Assembly (NCBI GenBank): GCA_965214095.1
Contig: OZ243938.1
Location: 4,288,001 to 4,352,000 of the forward strand
DNA from: Candidatus Poribacteria bacterium
GTDB lineage: Bacteria; Poribacteria; WGA-4E; WGA-3G
Length of the DNA stretch: 64,000 nucleotides
Direction of reading: 5' to 3'
Shown: in pieces, positions 37,843 to 48,227 of the stretch
How the letters are laid out: every line of letters begins with the position of its first letter
Numbering within the stretch: position 1 is the stretch's first letter
Made by a program: the position numbers and the translations under genes
Notes under the pieces: model-generated
Seen by the model: the letters and a program-made list of their open reading frames with translations, nothing else
Databases searched by the model: none
What the model was told of the DNA's origin: nothing

Positions 37843-39750
37843 CTAATCAGCAGTTGCGGTTTCCAAAGGTGGTAACTCAGGATAATTTCCACGCGCATTA
37901 CGCCATGCGATGATGCCTTCAGCAATCATCCAGACCTGCAATCCCTCTACTATAAGTCCGAATCCAAAGAGAAGATAATTGCCATTAAACAACCATCCGT
38001 TATCTGGATTAAACATCTGATGCAGCATTGCCCAAGCAGGCATGAGGAGCATGACTACCATTGGAAGGAAAGCGAACCATATCGGTTTATTGCGACGCAC
38101 GAGGTAGAAGACGATGACCATGAATGCTAATCCAGCCAAGAGTTGATTTGTTGCACCGAAGAGCGGCCAGAGAGTCATGCCTCCACTACCAGGACCGCTC
38201 GGTCCCTGTAGCAACGCTACTGCGGCAGCGAGTATCAGAGCAAACGCAGTTGCAAGATATCGATTTGTTAGTGGTTTGAACTTTGCAGTCTGTGCGAGTT
38301 CTTGAATTACGTACCGTTGTAATCGTGTAGCGGTATCAAGGGTTGTCGCTGCGAAACTGGCAACAAGTACTGCCATAATTGCAATACCCATCTTTAAAGG
38401 AATACCGAGAGATGCAAGGAAATTTCCACCACCATCAACAAAAGCACTGACCTTTTCTCTGAGTTTGTGACTTGCCCAACCACCACCAACAACTATAATT
38501 TTACCATCGGGATTTTCTACTTCTTCACCCGTTGCGTAACGTGTTCTCCATGCATCTTGATTAATAACAGGTTGAGTGCTTCCTTCCTTTAGAATAGGTT
38601 GAAATGTATATCCTCCAGCAATAGTGGAGTCTGTGGTGCGGTTGAAAATACCCATTCCGATCCCAGCACAACACGCAATTATCACGACAACAGCAAGTCC
38701 ACCCTCAAGCAACATCGCACCGTATCCTACATATTGTGCATCGCTTTCAGATTCTACCTGTTTGCTTGAAGTGCCAGAACTGACCATACAGTGGAATCCA
38801 CTAACTGCACCACAGGCAATTGTAATAAAGAGGAAGGGCCAAATTGGTGGCGCATCGGGTGGTATGTCTGAAGCAACTGCTGGGGCAGATGCAAATAAGT
38901 TTGCTTGTCCTGATAATCCAGCAACTGCAAGACCAAGCACTAATAGAACGAGTGCTAATACTAATTCGTGACTATTGATAAAATCTCGTGGTTGTAAGAG
39001 AGTCCATACGGGTAGGACAGATGCAATGAAGCAGTAAACAAACAGGACTAACGTCCATATAACGACTACATTCAAATAAGTTTCTCCAAGCAGTGGAATA
39101 CCTAACCAAGTGCTTAGATCAATCGGCAGTATGTATGCACCGACCGCCATGCCAATATACATTATACCGAGCGCGATGATAGATGGAATGAGGATGTTAC
39201 CACCACGACGGTGAATCCACACACCAATAGCAACAGCAAGAGGAATCTCAATCCAGACAGATAGGACTGATTCAGGATAGTAGGAAAAAATCAGAGCAAT
39301 GACCAACCCAAAGATAGCAAGGACGATGGTCAATCCCATGAAGAGAACAAACAGGAACAGGAATTTGGCGCGGGGTCCGACCATTCTACCGGCAACTTCA
39401 CCTACACTTTGTCCACGATTACGGAGTGAGACGACCAATGAACCGAAGTCATGAACAGCACCGATGAATACAGAACCGAGGACGACCCAGAGCAAGGCTG
39501 GCAACCATCCCCAAAACACTGCGATTGCCGGACCCACGATTGGACCTGTTCCTGCAATGCTTGTAAAGTGGTGTCCGAAAATAATCTCTTTTTTTGTAGG
39601 AACGAAGTCTACATCATCTTTGAGTTCTTGGCTCGGAACTTTCGCCTCGGGGTCTAAACCGAATATCTTTCTTGCTAACCATTTGCCATAGGTGTTGTAT
39701 GCGACAATAAAGCCAACAAAACTTAAAACAGCAATTATAAGTGTGCTCAT
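37843..39750 (-). CDS. cstA: Carbon starvation protein A family transporter
   Basis: GHHFTSIAGTGPIVGP, LLQPRDFIN, PFLFITIACGAVSGFH, TTLDTATRL and WPLFGATNQLLA motifs. Confidence 0.93.
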   Translation of the reverse strand: MSTLIIAVLSFVGFIVAYNTYGKWLARKIFGLDPEAKVPSQELKDDVDFVPTKKEIIFGHHFTSIAGTGPIVGPAIAVFWGWLPALLWVVLGSVFIGAVHDFGSLVVSLRNRGQSVGEVAGRMVGPRAKFLFLFVLFMGLTIVLAIFGLVIALIFSYYPESVLSVWIEIPLAVAIGVWIHRRGGNILIPSIIALGIMYIGMAVGAYILPIDLSTWLGIPLLGETYLNVVVIWTLVLFVYCFIASVLPVWTLLQPRDFINSHELVLALVLLVLGLAVAGLSGQANLFASAPAVASDIPPDAPPIWPFLFITIACGAVSGFHCMVSSGTSSKQVESESDAQYVGYGAMLLEGGLAVVVIIACCAGIGMGIFNRTTDSTIAGGYTFQPILKEGSTQPVINQDAWRTRYATGEEVENPDGKIIVVGGGWASHKLREKVSAFVDGGGNFLASLGIPLKMGIAIMAVLVASFAATTLDTATRLQRYVIQELAQTAKFKPLTNRYLATAFALILAAAVALLQGPSGPGSGGMTLWPLFGATNQLLAGLAFMVIVFYLVRRNKPIWFAFLPMVVMLLMPAWAMLHQMFNPDNGWLFNGNYLLFGFGLIVEGLQVWMIAEGIIAWRNARGNYPELPPLETATAD

Positions 39751-39796
39751 AAGCCAATTCCAGATTCTTCAGGATAGTCAGACAAATTCAATTGAA

Positions 39797-40966
39797 TTAT
39801 CTGACACCGGTAATAATCTCGAATGTAAGTTGATCTAACTTTTCGTATCCAAGTCCTTTTTTAGCGATTGTATCAGGTTTGAAGTCAATCTTTCTCAATT
39901 TCTCAGCACTCTCTGCACTGTAATTTGCCATGATTGCTTCAAGTTCGGGATCACGGGCGCGTAAATCAGAGAGGATTCCTTGAATCTCAGCATCTTGATT
40001 GAATTGGTTTGCTTTCTCTTTGAGTATCAGATAACTCCGCATGCATCCTGCTGCGAAATCCCAAACCCCTTCTTCATCTTCAGTTCGGTATGCATGTGCA
40101 TCAAAGTGTCGGTTACCATCCCAATTGACATCTTCAAGAAACTTAACGAGGAAGAACGCACTCTTAACGTTTTCTGATCCGAAACGTAGGTCTTGGTCAA
40201 AACGACTCATCTTCTGGTCATTTAGGTCAATATGGAAGAGTTTTCCTGATTCATACGCTTGTGCAACACCATGCAGAAAACTCAAACCAGCCATCGTTTC
40301 ATGAGCAAATTCAGGATTGACACCCACCATTTCTGGGTGTTCAAGAGTCTCAATGAAATGGAGCATGTGCCCCGTAGTAGGTAAGTATATGTCTCCACGA
40401 GGTTCATTCGGTTTTGCTTCTAATGCGAATTTTAGGTCGTAGCCTTGGTCGAGAACGTAGTTCGTGAAGTAGTTCATTGCTTCACGGTTCCATTTTACTG
40501 TGTCTGGACCGTCCTTTGCTGCATCAACTTCTGCACCTTCACGACCACCCCAAAATACATAGACTTTTGCCCCAAGTTCTACACCGAGATCTATTGCATT
40601 CAAAGTTTTTTGAATAGCAAACGCTCTTACTTTTGGGTCGTTAGAGGTGAACGCACCATCTTTAAAAATTGGATGGTAAAACAGGTTGGTTGTTGCCATC
40701 GGTACTTTCATACCGTGATCATCAAGTGCCTGCTTGAATTCACGAACGATTTGGTCACGTTCATTGGCAGAAGCATCAAACGGAACAAGATCGTTGTCGT
40801 GCAAGTTGACTCCGTAGGCTCCTAATTCACTTAGTTTTTTTACGCTATAGGTGGGTTTTAGTGGTGGTCTAACGACATCTCCGAATGGGTCTCGTCCGGG
40901 ATTTCCAACGGTCCACAACCCGAAAGTGAACTTATGTTCAGGTTTGGGTTGAAACTGATCTGACAT
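39797..40966 (-). CDS. xylA: Xylose isomerase (class I, actinomycete/Thermus type)
   Basis: [29 protein letters not shown] and FDQD motifs, 389 aa. Confidence 0.95.
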   Translation of the reverse strand: MSDQFQPKPEHKFTFGLWTVGNPGRDPFGDVVRPPLKPTYSVKKLSELGAYGVNLHDNDLVPFDASANERDQIVREFKQALDDHGMKVPMATTNLFYHPIFKDGAFTSNDPKVRAFAIQKTLNAIDLGVELGAKVYVFWGGREGAEVDAAKDGPDTVKWNREAMNYFTNYVLDQGYDLKFALEAKPNEPRGDIYLPTTGHMLHFIETLEHPEMVGVNPEFAHETMAGLSFLHGVAQAYESGKLFHIDLNDQKMSRFDQDLRFGSENVKSAFFLVKFLEDVNWDGNRHFDAHAYRTEDEEGVWDFAAGCMRSYLILKEKANQFNQDAEIQGILSDLRARDPELEAIMANYSAESAEKLRKIDFKPDTIAKKGLGYEKLDQLTFEIITGVR

Positions 40967-41038
40967 TCAATAGCTCCTATCTTTTATCGGTTTAAGTTGG
41001 GATTATAACACATTTGCATTATTTTTTATAGATAATTT

Positions 41039-42361
41039 TCACACGGTCAAATGCTTGTCTATGTTTTTGAGCACGTTATCGTAATCAGCTTCCAATTCCA
41101 GTGGTGTGTTATGATAACGCGGCGGAGGTTGATCGCGAACAACATTGTGATATGCCACCTTGAAATCTGGGAATTTCAGTCCGGTTGCTGTTGAAATCAC
41201 GATAACTCTATCATCCTTCTGTATCTGTTTCCGTTCAATCATTTTGATGAGTACAGCCAAAGCAACACCGGTGTGTGGACAATTAAAGAGTCCAGTTCTA
41301 TCTGCTCTGGCAGCTGCATCTGCTAACTCTTCTTCTGATGCTTGGTCGACTATGCCATCAAACTGTTTTAGCACACGAATTGCTCGGTGTATTGAAACGG
41401 GATTGCCGATTTGAATAGCAGTTGCTTGGGTAGATTGTGCTGTAATGGATTTAAACTCCGTGAATCCTGTCTGATAACTGCGATAAAGCGGATTAGCACG
41501 TTGTGCCTGTGCACATGCAATTCGCGGCAGTTTGTCTATAATACCGAGTTCTAACATCATTAGGAAACCTAAACCGAGAGCAGAGACGTTACCGAGATTG
41601 CCACCGGGTATGATGACCCAATCGGGCACTTCCCAATCAAACTGCTGCACTATTTCAATACTGATAGTTTTTTGTCCTTCAATACGAAGTGAGTTGATAG
41701 AATTCGCGAGATAGAATTCTTTGCTTGCTGCGAGTTCTTGGACGATTGCCATGCAGCCATCAAAATCTGTCTCAAGAGAGAGTGTCAATGCCCCGTTTGC
41801 GATGGGTTGAATCAATTGCTCTCTGGTAACCTTTTCTTTAGGTAATAAGATTATTGCGGGGATACCTGCTGCGGAGGCATAGGCGGCTAATGATGCCGAA
41901 GTATCTCCTGTTGAGGCGCACATAACGGCACGGATGTTCCCTGACTCCGATATAATCTGGTTTACCATTGAGACGAGCACCGTCATGCCAAGGTCTTTGA
42001 ATGAACCTGTATGACTGTTTCCGCACTGTTTAATCCAGAGATCGGAGACCCCGAGTTGACTGCCAAACCGTTCTGCCCAAAACAGATTTGTGCCACCTTC
42101 ATACATAGAGATGATATTATCATCATCAACAATGGGACAAACAAGCTCTTTTTTACCCCAGACACCGCTTCCATAAGGATATTGAGTACGCATATAACGT
42201 TGTTCAAAAAGGCATTTCCAATCTTTCGCGCTTCGCTGCTTCAACACATCCATATCGTGATTGACTTGTAATAACCCATTACAGTTTTTACAGCGATAGA
42301 TGATTTCAGTGAGAGGATATTTACATCCATTTTCACATTCAAACCAAGCATTGTAATTCAT
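41039..42361 (-). CDS. thrC: Threonine synthase (plant-like long form)
   Basis: YGSGVW, SHTGSFKDLGMTVLVS, CASTGDTSASL and PGGNLGN motifs. Confidence 0.93.
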   Translation of the reverse strand: MNYNAWFECENGCKYPLTEIIYRCKNCNGLLQVNHDMDVLKQRSAKDWKCLFEQRYMRTQYPYGSGVWGKKELVCPIVDDDNIISMYEGGTNLFWAERFGSQLGVSDLWIKQCGNSHTGSFKDLGMTVLVSMVNQIISESGNIRAVMCASTGDTSASLAAYASAAGIPAIILLPKEKVTREQLIQPIANGALTLSLETDFDGCMAIVQELAASKEFYLANSINSLRIEGQKTISIEIVQQFDWEVPDWVIIPGGNLGNVSALGLGFLMMLELGIIDKLPRIACAQAQRANPLYRSYQTGFTEFKSITAQSTQATAIQIGNPVSIHRAIRVLKQFDGIVDQASEEELADAAARADRTGLFNCPHTGVALAVLIKMIERKQIQKDDRVIVISTATGLKFPDFKVAYHNVVRDQPPPRYHNTPLELEADYDNVLKNIDKHLTV

Positions 42362-42990
42362 TATTCTGTTTCCTCTTGAACGGTGTGTATATTTTCCTGA
42401 CTGTTTGATGAAGTGAGCAGTTGTTCTATCTCTTCAATAGATGGTAATTCGGTAGGGTCTTTTAAACCGAACTGTTGTAAGAAAGAATCGGTAGTGGAAA
42501 ACAGGAGGGAACGGCCAGCACCTTCTTTTCTGCCAGATACACGGACGAGTCCTTTCTCAACAAGCGCACTGATAACACTGTCACTGTTTACACCACGTAT
42601 TGTGGATACGTCATTTCGTGTGACAGGTTGTTTGTAAGCAACTATTGCAAGTGTTTCTAATGCGGAAGGTGATAGTGTGACACGCACTTGTTGGATGTAG
42701 AATTTCCGAATCCATTCCGAATATTCTGGTCGTGTACATATCTGATAGCCATTTGCTATTTCTATCAATCGGAAACTTCTATTCATCTCATGATAATCTT
42801 CTTTAAGTTCAGAGAGTGCCTTTCTAATCTCGCGGACATTCATTTTTGGAATTGCATGCTGAAACTGCTTAACTGTAATCGGTTCACTCGCAGCAAACAG
42901 AATTGCTTCCAATATTGATTTCGTGTTATTCTGTGGTATTGTATCAAGTTTTTCTATTTGATCTTCAACAACAGTTATTTCTGATTCCAT
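42361..42990 (-). CDS. scpB: SMC-Scp complex subunit ScpB
   Basis: LEAILFA, LETLAIVAYKQPVTR, IRGVNS and TTDSFLQQFGL motifs. Confidence 0.93.
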   Translation of the reverse strand: MESEITVVEDQIEKLDTIPQNNTKSILEAILFAASEPITVKQFQHAIPKMNVREIRKALSELKEDYHEMNRSFRLIEIANGYQICTRPEYSEWIRKFYIQQVRVTLSPSALETLAIVAYKQPVTRNDVSTIRGVNSDSVISALVEKGLVRVSGRKEGAGRSLLFSTTDSFLQQFGLKDPTELPSIEEIEQLLTSSNSQENIHTVQEETE

Positions 42991-43012
42991 TGTGTGATAT
43001 TTCCTTGATTCT

Positions 43013-43789
43013 CTATGTAGTGGAAGTAATACTCGTTGCTTTAACCAGATATATGCTTTCAAATAGACCTGTCTGGACAGAAACGATTTTACCTAATCTG
43101 ATGAGTTCTAAAATAGCAAGAAATGTAACAATAAGGTCTAATTTCCTTGATGACAGTGGAAAGAGATCATCAAAAAGCAGTTGGTCCGAAGTTCCTAACT
43201 GATTTTCAATAAACTCCATCTTCTCTTCAACAGTGACAGTTTCTTCTTGAACCGTCTCGTATTCATCATCCATATCAAGTTCGGCAACTCGGTCATTGAT
43301 ATTTTTGAAAGCAGTGAGCAGGTCAAAAAGTGTTGCTTTAATCTCATAAGAACGGGTGCCATCTAAGTCTGAATGCAGTTTAGAACTTCTGTTGTATATT
43401 GATGTGCGACGTTCTGCATAGATATCTAATACTTGTGCTGCTTCTTTGTACCGTTTATATTCTAATAGTTGTTGTACGAGTTGCTCTTGGTTATCAATAG
43501 AATTACTGGATTTTGTTTCATTTTTCGGAAGAATGTTCTGTGATTTAATTTGTAATAACGTGGCTGCCATGACCAAAAATTCAGATGCTAAATCTAAATC
43601 TAATTGTTCCATTAGATTAATATATTCAAGATAACGGTCGGTGATTTTGGCTATCTGTATATCATAGACATCCATCTCCTCCTTCTGAATTAAATGTAGA
43701 AGGAGGTCAAGTGGTCCCTCAAAACCGTCCAGTTTGACAGCATATATTGGGTGTGAGGAAGGATGTGTTAAAGAGAGTTCAGTTAACAT
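43013..43789 (-). CDS. scpA: Segregation and condensation protein A
   Basis: FEGPLDLLLHLI, EFLVMAATLL and TFLAILELIR motifs. Confidence 0.95.
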   Translation of the reverse strand: MLTELSLTHPSSHPIYAVKLDGFEGPLDLLLHLIQKEEMDVYDIQIAKITDRYLEYINLMEQLDLDLASEFLVMAATLLQIKSQNILPKNETKSSNSIDNQEQLVQQLLEYKRYKEAAQVLDIYAERRTSIYNRSSKLHSDLDGTRSYEIKATLFDLLTAFKNINDRVAELDMDDEYETVQEETVTVEEKMEFIENQLGTSDQLLFDDLFPLSSRKLDLIVTFLAILELIRLGKIVSVQTGLFESIYLVKATSITSTT

Positions 43790-43831
43790 AATCGTCTGAG
43801 TAATGCGTAGAATTTACTATATCATACAAAT

Positions 43832-44524
43832 TTATCGTAAACCAATTAATTTCGCAATTATATCAACAATATTGTAACTTATGATACTGAGTATTCTAAG
43901 CGGACTTTGTATATTTATTAAGTATGGTAAAAATATAAGTCCCATTAGAATTGGCATACCGTAAGGGGCAAGTTTTTCAAATTCACGGGATGCCCGTTCT
44001 GGTAATAGACCGTTTACTACACTAAATCCGTCTAATGGAAATAGAGGTAACATATTAAAAACCGCAAGAAATACACTTATTATTGCTGAACTTTCTAAGA
44101 ATCTATAGATAACCAATTGCGTTTCGGAATTATAGGGTTTAAAATCTATTGATAGTTCCAATGCCTTGATAATACCGAAAATGCCGAAAGTCAGTATGAT
44201 GTTCATGAAAGGACCTGCAGCGGCGATCAGCATTAGATCTCTTCTCGGATTTTTCAGATTATATGGATCAACTGGAACAGGTTTTGCCCACCCAAAAAAT
44301 CCACCACCATAAAGTGACCCTATCAAAGGTAAAATCAACGTTCCAATGGGATCAATGTGTACTGCTGGGTTGAATGACATGCGTCCTAAATCTTTTGCCG
44401 TTGGGTCTCCTAACATATTGGCAGATTTGGCATGTCCCCATTCGTGAAACGTTAAGAGTATAATGAACTGACAGACGACAAGAATCGCCCTGGCAATGTT
44501 GTCTGGTGAAAATAAATCCATCAT
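43832..44524 (-). CDS. Site-2 protease family (M50) membrane metalloprotease
   Basis: HEWGH, GWAKPVPV, AAAGP and FNMLPLFPLDG motifs. Confidence 0.92.
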   Translation of the reverse strand: MMDLFSPDNIARAILVVCQFIILLTFHEWGHAKSANMLGDPTAKDLGRMSFNPAVHIDPIGTLILPLIGSLYGGGFFGWAKPVPVDPYNLKNPRRDLMLIAAAGPFMNIILTFGIFGIIKALELSIDFKPYNSETQLVIYRFLESSAIISVFLAVFNMLPLFPLDGFSVVNGLLPERASREFEKLAPYGMPILMGLIFLPYLINIQSPLRILSIISYNIVDIIAKLIGLR

Positions 44525-44556
44525 AATTTGATTCTATATCTTATGATATGAAAAAT

Positions 44557-46011
44557 CTAATCTCTTTCTTGGTTCGTTAGTTGTTGATAACGTGTATATC
44601 CATCGGATTTCGTCTTAATCTTACCGTCCAATTGATGATGAAATATATCTTTGAGTAATCTTTCAAAGTTTTTACTCGGTTTCTCACCCCATTCAATTAG
44701 GTCATCACCGTTGATAATAGGCTTTATTGGACGCAAGTTAAGTAGGTAATCACCAATCTTAGTCCGTTGTGTTTCGGATATATTTGTATTACAAAAAGCC
44801 AACACAATGGCTTCAAGTGGAAAAGGTTTTAGGATGTTGTAAATATCACTTTTTTTCGTTGTTTCAGCAAGAGTTCCAATGACTGGTTGAAGTTTCCGAA
44901 ACGCGGTATTTGGTGTCTGCACTTGGTAGCACTGTTTATCTCCATAGATGTAAGTCTTTTCGTTTTTGTTGTCTACGATACACCACTTTCCGTTGTGGAA
45001 TTCAAAGAATGTTTCTTTTGAAAGTGATATTCCAATCTCTTCAATTCCAGATCGTATCTCTGCTTCATCTGAGAGTTCTTTTTGTCCGTTTGAAATTCTC
45101 CGCAATTGATGCTTTAATACTAATTTGAAACTGAGTGCTTCAATAATGTAAATCGGTAGACCTTGTTTATTATCTAAACCCAAATATGCAAGCCAAAGAA
45201 TGAGACTATTATCTAAATCTGTGTCAGAGATATGCTCAGAAACCCACGATATAGCAGAATGTGCTGTTTCAAAATCACAATGAAAGTTAGAAGGTTTTTT
45301 CCATCCGAATGATATTTCTTCTAATACGCCAAAATCATCAAGCATGTCTATAATTTTTGGTGCCTGTTCTTCTGTCAATATGTTCTCAATTTCATTCCGT
45401 ATCCGTTCACTACTGAGTTGTGAGACGAATGGAATAGCCTTGTGTATGAGCTCAATATCCCAATCTGATATTTGAAAGTTATACCGTCCCGCATACCTAC
45501 AAGAACGAAAAATGCGGGTCGGATCATCTATGTAACTATCGTTATGTATAACACGGATAGTGCCAGTTTTTAGATCCTTCAATCCATCAGTTTTATCAAT
45601 AACAGTGCCAAACGCATCATTATCTAAGCACATTGCTAATGCATTGATTGTAAAATCTCTACGTAGTAAATCCTGTGCAATTGTGCTTCGTTCTACTTTA
45701 GGTAACGTTGCAGGTTTTTGATACGTTTCACTGCGAGCTGTGACGAAATCGACTTTTGGTTTTGTCGGAATCTCTGGTGTGACAGTAGCTGTCCCAAATT
45801 GTGGATGTATCTGCAAAGTTCCATTCCAATATTCTTGCAACTGCTTCGCTACACTGATTGCATCTCCTTCCACTACTATGTCAATATCTAAGTTTGGTCT
45901 TTTGAGAAGTAAGTCTCTCACAGAACCCCCGACCAGATAGACATGTTTGCCACCTATCTTACCGATTTCACGTAATGAATCTGAGAGTGCATCAGGGATA
46001 ATCAGTTGCAT
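44557..46011 (-). CDS. cca: tRNA nucleotidyltransferase (CCA/A-adding, class II)
   Basis: YLVGGSVRDLLL, DIDIVV, DLLRRDFTINA and DDPTRIFR motifs. Confidence 0.85.
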   Translation of the reverse strand: MQLIIPDALSDSLREIGKIGGKHVYLVGGSVRDLLLKRPNLDIDIVVEGDAISVAKQLQEYWNGTLQIHPQFGTATVTPEIPTKPKVDFVTARSETYQKPATLPKVERSTIAQDLLRRDFTINALAMCLDNDAFGTVIDKTDGLKDLKTGTIRVIHNDSYIDDPTRIFRSCRYAGRYNFQISDWDIELIHKAIPFVSQLSSERIRNEIENILTEEQAPKIIDMLDDFGVLEEISFGWKKPSNFHCDFETAHSAISWVSEHISDTDLDNSLILWLAYLGLDNKQGLPIYIIEALSFKLVLKHQLRRISNGQKELSDEAEIRSGIEEIGISLSKETFFEFHNGKWCIVDNKNEKTYIYGDKQCYQVQTPNTAFRKLQPVIGTLAETTKKSDIYNILKPFPLEAIVLAFCNTNISETQRTKIGDYLLNLRPIKPIINGDDLIEWGEKPSKNFERLLKDIFHHQLDGKIKTKSDGYTRYQQLTNQERD

Positions 46012-46059
46012 TTTACTATGGTTATAGTAATCCGAAGGAGAGCAATTAGGACACTTACA

Positions 46060-46740
46060 TTATACAAATGCAAGAACACGGGTTGGCGCACCTGAACTCT
46101 TTGCTAACTTTAAGGGGGCAATCACAACGAAAAAATGTGTTGGTAGCTGACTCAAATTGCACAAATCTTCGACGTGCGGAATACCTTCACCAAGAAAAAC
46201 AAGGTGTGCAGGAGGTAGACCATCGTATAACGGAGGATGTCCTGCAACAGAGTCTATGCTACAAGCATCTGTTCCAATAACTTTTATACCTTTCTTAACG
46301 AGGAGTTCTGCGGCATCTTCGCTGAAACCAATCCATTCGCGGTTGAAGTTATCTTGATAGACGTATCTATCCATTCCAGTCCGCATAAACACGATGCTAT
46401 CTTTTGGTATATCCGAATTTTCTGACATCCATCTTTCAACATCTTCAGCAGTCACCGCATCAGTCGGTTTCTTGATGGCAGAGAAATCCATCAATATTGC
46501 GTTACCAGTCAATTTCTCTTTAGGTATTTCTGCGACAGTATATCCATCTGGATACATCAGACAAGGTGTATCAATGTGTGTAGAACAGTGTCCGGACATA
46601 TCAACACGGCTCTCAAAGTATCCATCTTTCTCTAATGTAGCTTGATCGTATATGTTAACAGGATCTATCGGCAGTTCCCGCGGACTATTTTCGTCTACTA
46701 TGTAGGATAGATCTAGTACGTTTTGGTAGTTGAGGTGCAT
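46060..46740 (-). CDS. Cyclase family (kynurenine formamidase-like) metal-dependent hydrolase
   Basis: HCSTHIDTP, IGTDACSID, H....GIPHVEDL and SGAPTRV motifs. Confidence 0.85.
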   Translation of the reverse strand: MHLNYQNVLDLSYIVDENSPRELPIDPVNIYDQATLEKDGYFESRVDMSGHCSTHIDTPCLMYPDGYTVAEIPKEKLTGNAILMDFSAIKKPTDAVTAEDVERWMSENSDIPKDSIVFMRTGMDRYVYQDNFNREWIGFSEDAAELLVKKGIKVIGTDACSIDSVAGHPPLYDGLPPAHLVFLGEGIPHVEDLCNLSQLPTHFFVVIAPLKLAKSSGAPTRVLAFV

Positions 46741-46859
46741 ATTTTATCTCTATTTCTATTATATGTTATTGAACAAGTATAGCATATTATACATAGCAAT
46801 TCAAGCAGCAAGAAAATACCTTACATGTGGTCTTGTAATGTGCATCCGTTGTTGTGTAT

Positions 46860-46935
46860 TATAATGAAATATAAAAATACGTGCACACTCCCCGGTAGAT
46901 GCGGTTTCCTAACCGCATCTATGTGACTGAACAAG
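46860..46935 (+). mobile_element. Truncated MITE-like element with a GTAG REP
   Basis: The left end and REP (CCCGGTAGATGCGGTTTCCTAACCGCATCTATGT..TGAACAA) align with 34481-34555. No right end is recognisable. Confidence 0.6.
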
Positions 46936-46997
46936 TCGACGAAAATATCTATCAAAATAAATTTGAAAGTTCACACATTGAGGCAGAGGGAATACGA

Positions 46998-47768
46998 TTA
47001 AGTGTCTTTAAAATACCTCAATACAGTTGGATGCAGTACTCCATTCGTTGCTACCAGTGAAGCAGTGTCTTTCGTGATGGTTTGTCCTTGTATATCCGTA
47101 ACCATGCCTCCTGCTTCCCGCACAATAACAGTTATTGCAGCAATGTCCCAGACACTTATTGCTGCTTCAACCACAACGTCCGCTCTGCCAGAAGCCACAA
47201 GGTGATACATATAGAAATCACCAAACCCTCGGGAACGTGCCGTGTCGTTGATTAGGTTGTAGATACCATCAAATGTGTTCTTTTCTACAAACCATTTCAA
47301 TCCACCATGGCAAATCATTGCGTCTGAAGGTTCTGAAACATTTGAAACCTTAATCGGATCATCATTTAGAAATGCTCCTTTACCCTTTTCAGCATATAGT
47401 AGCTCATTTAACAATGGGGCATTGGAAACACCGAGAATAAGTTCATCTTCTTTCATCAGTGCGATTTGCGTGCCAAAGATAGGGATTTTACGAATGTAAT
47501 TCTTAGTTGCATCAATAGGATCAATAATCCACGTATAAGGTGATGTTCCTACTTCTGTCCCAAATTCTTCACCTAAGAATCCGTGGTCTGGAAATGTGCT
47601 CTTGATAGTTTCTCTGATAGCTTTTTCCGCTTCTGTATCTGCGCGGGTGACAGGTGTTTCATCGCTCTTTAGCTCAACTTTGAGAGTGCTTTCATGGTAA
47701 TATTTCGTTATTATATCTTCAGCCTTTTTTGCTGCATCAATCGCAACGGTTAAATAGTCACTGGTCAT
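46998..47768 (-). CDS. Inositol monophosphatase family protein (HisN-like histidinol-phosphatase candidate)
   Basis: PVTRAD, GEE, WIIDPIDAT, RGFGDFY and WDIAA motifs. Confidence 0.85.
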   Translation of the reverse strand: MTSDYLTVAIDAAKKAEDIITKYYHESTLKVELKSDETPVTRADTEAEKAIRETIKSTFPDHGFLGEEFGTEVGTSPYTWIIDPIDATKNYIRKIPIFGTQIALMKEDELILGVSNAPLLNELLYAEKGKGAFLNDDPIKVSNVSEPSDAMICHGGLKWFVEKNTFDGIYNLINDTARSRGFGDFYMYHLVASGRADVVVEAAISVWDIAAITVIVREAGGMVTDIQGQTITKDTASLVATNGVLHPTVLRYFKDT

Positions 47769-47786
47769 GTATCCTCCTATCTGATT

Positions 47787-48227
47787 TCAATCCGTATGTT
47801 TTTTCCACAACCGTCGGGTCATCTTAGAGAAATGTTGACGATGTTTTGCCACAAATCGATAGATTGCTTCTGAAGTGTGAGAAAAACCGGGTAATTTGGT
47901 GTAGCACCAAAGAAATGTGCTGTTGTCCAAGGCACGTAGAATTGCTTCAACACCTGAATAGACCTGTCCAGTTTCTAATATCAACTTCACAGAGGATTGA
48001 AATTCGGAAACTGGTATCTCAGGAAAATTCGCAGCTATTTCCTGATATGGAGCATAATCTATACGGTCATTGGTGACATGTCTCCAACGAAAAATCCAAT
48101 ATTTGCAGAAATCACAGTCCCCATCATATACAAGAATGGGTTTGTTAATTTGGGTTGCATCTATATTTGCCATTTCAATTGCAAATTTATTTCGTCCTGT
48201 CTCTGATATGTGTGAGCTCAATTCCAT
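47787..48227 (-). CDS. DCC1-like thiol-disulfide oxidoreductase (DUF393)
   Basis: LVYDGDCDFC motif and Y..VA.HR C-terminus. The start may be at 48173. Confidence 0.85.
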   Translation of the reverse strand: MELSSHISETGRNKFAIEMANIDATQINKPILVYDGDCDFCKYWIFRWRHVTNDRIDYAPYQEIAANFPEIPVSEFQSSVKLILETGQVYSGVEAILRALDNSTFLWCYTKLPGFSHTSEAIYRFVAKHRQHFSKMTRRLWKKHTD

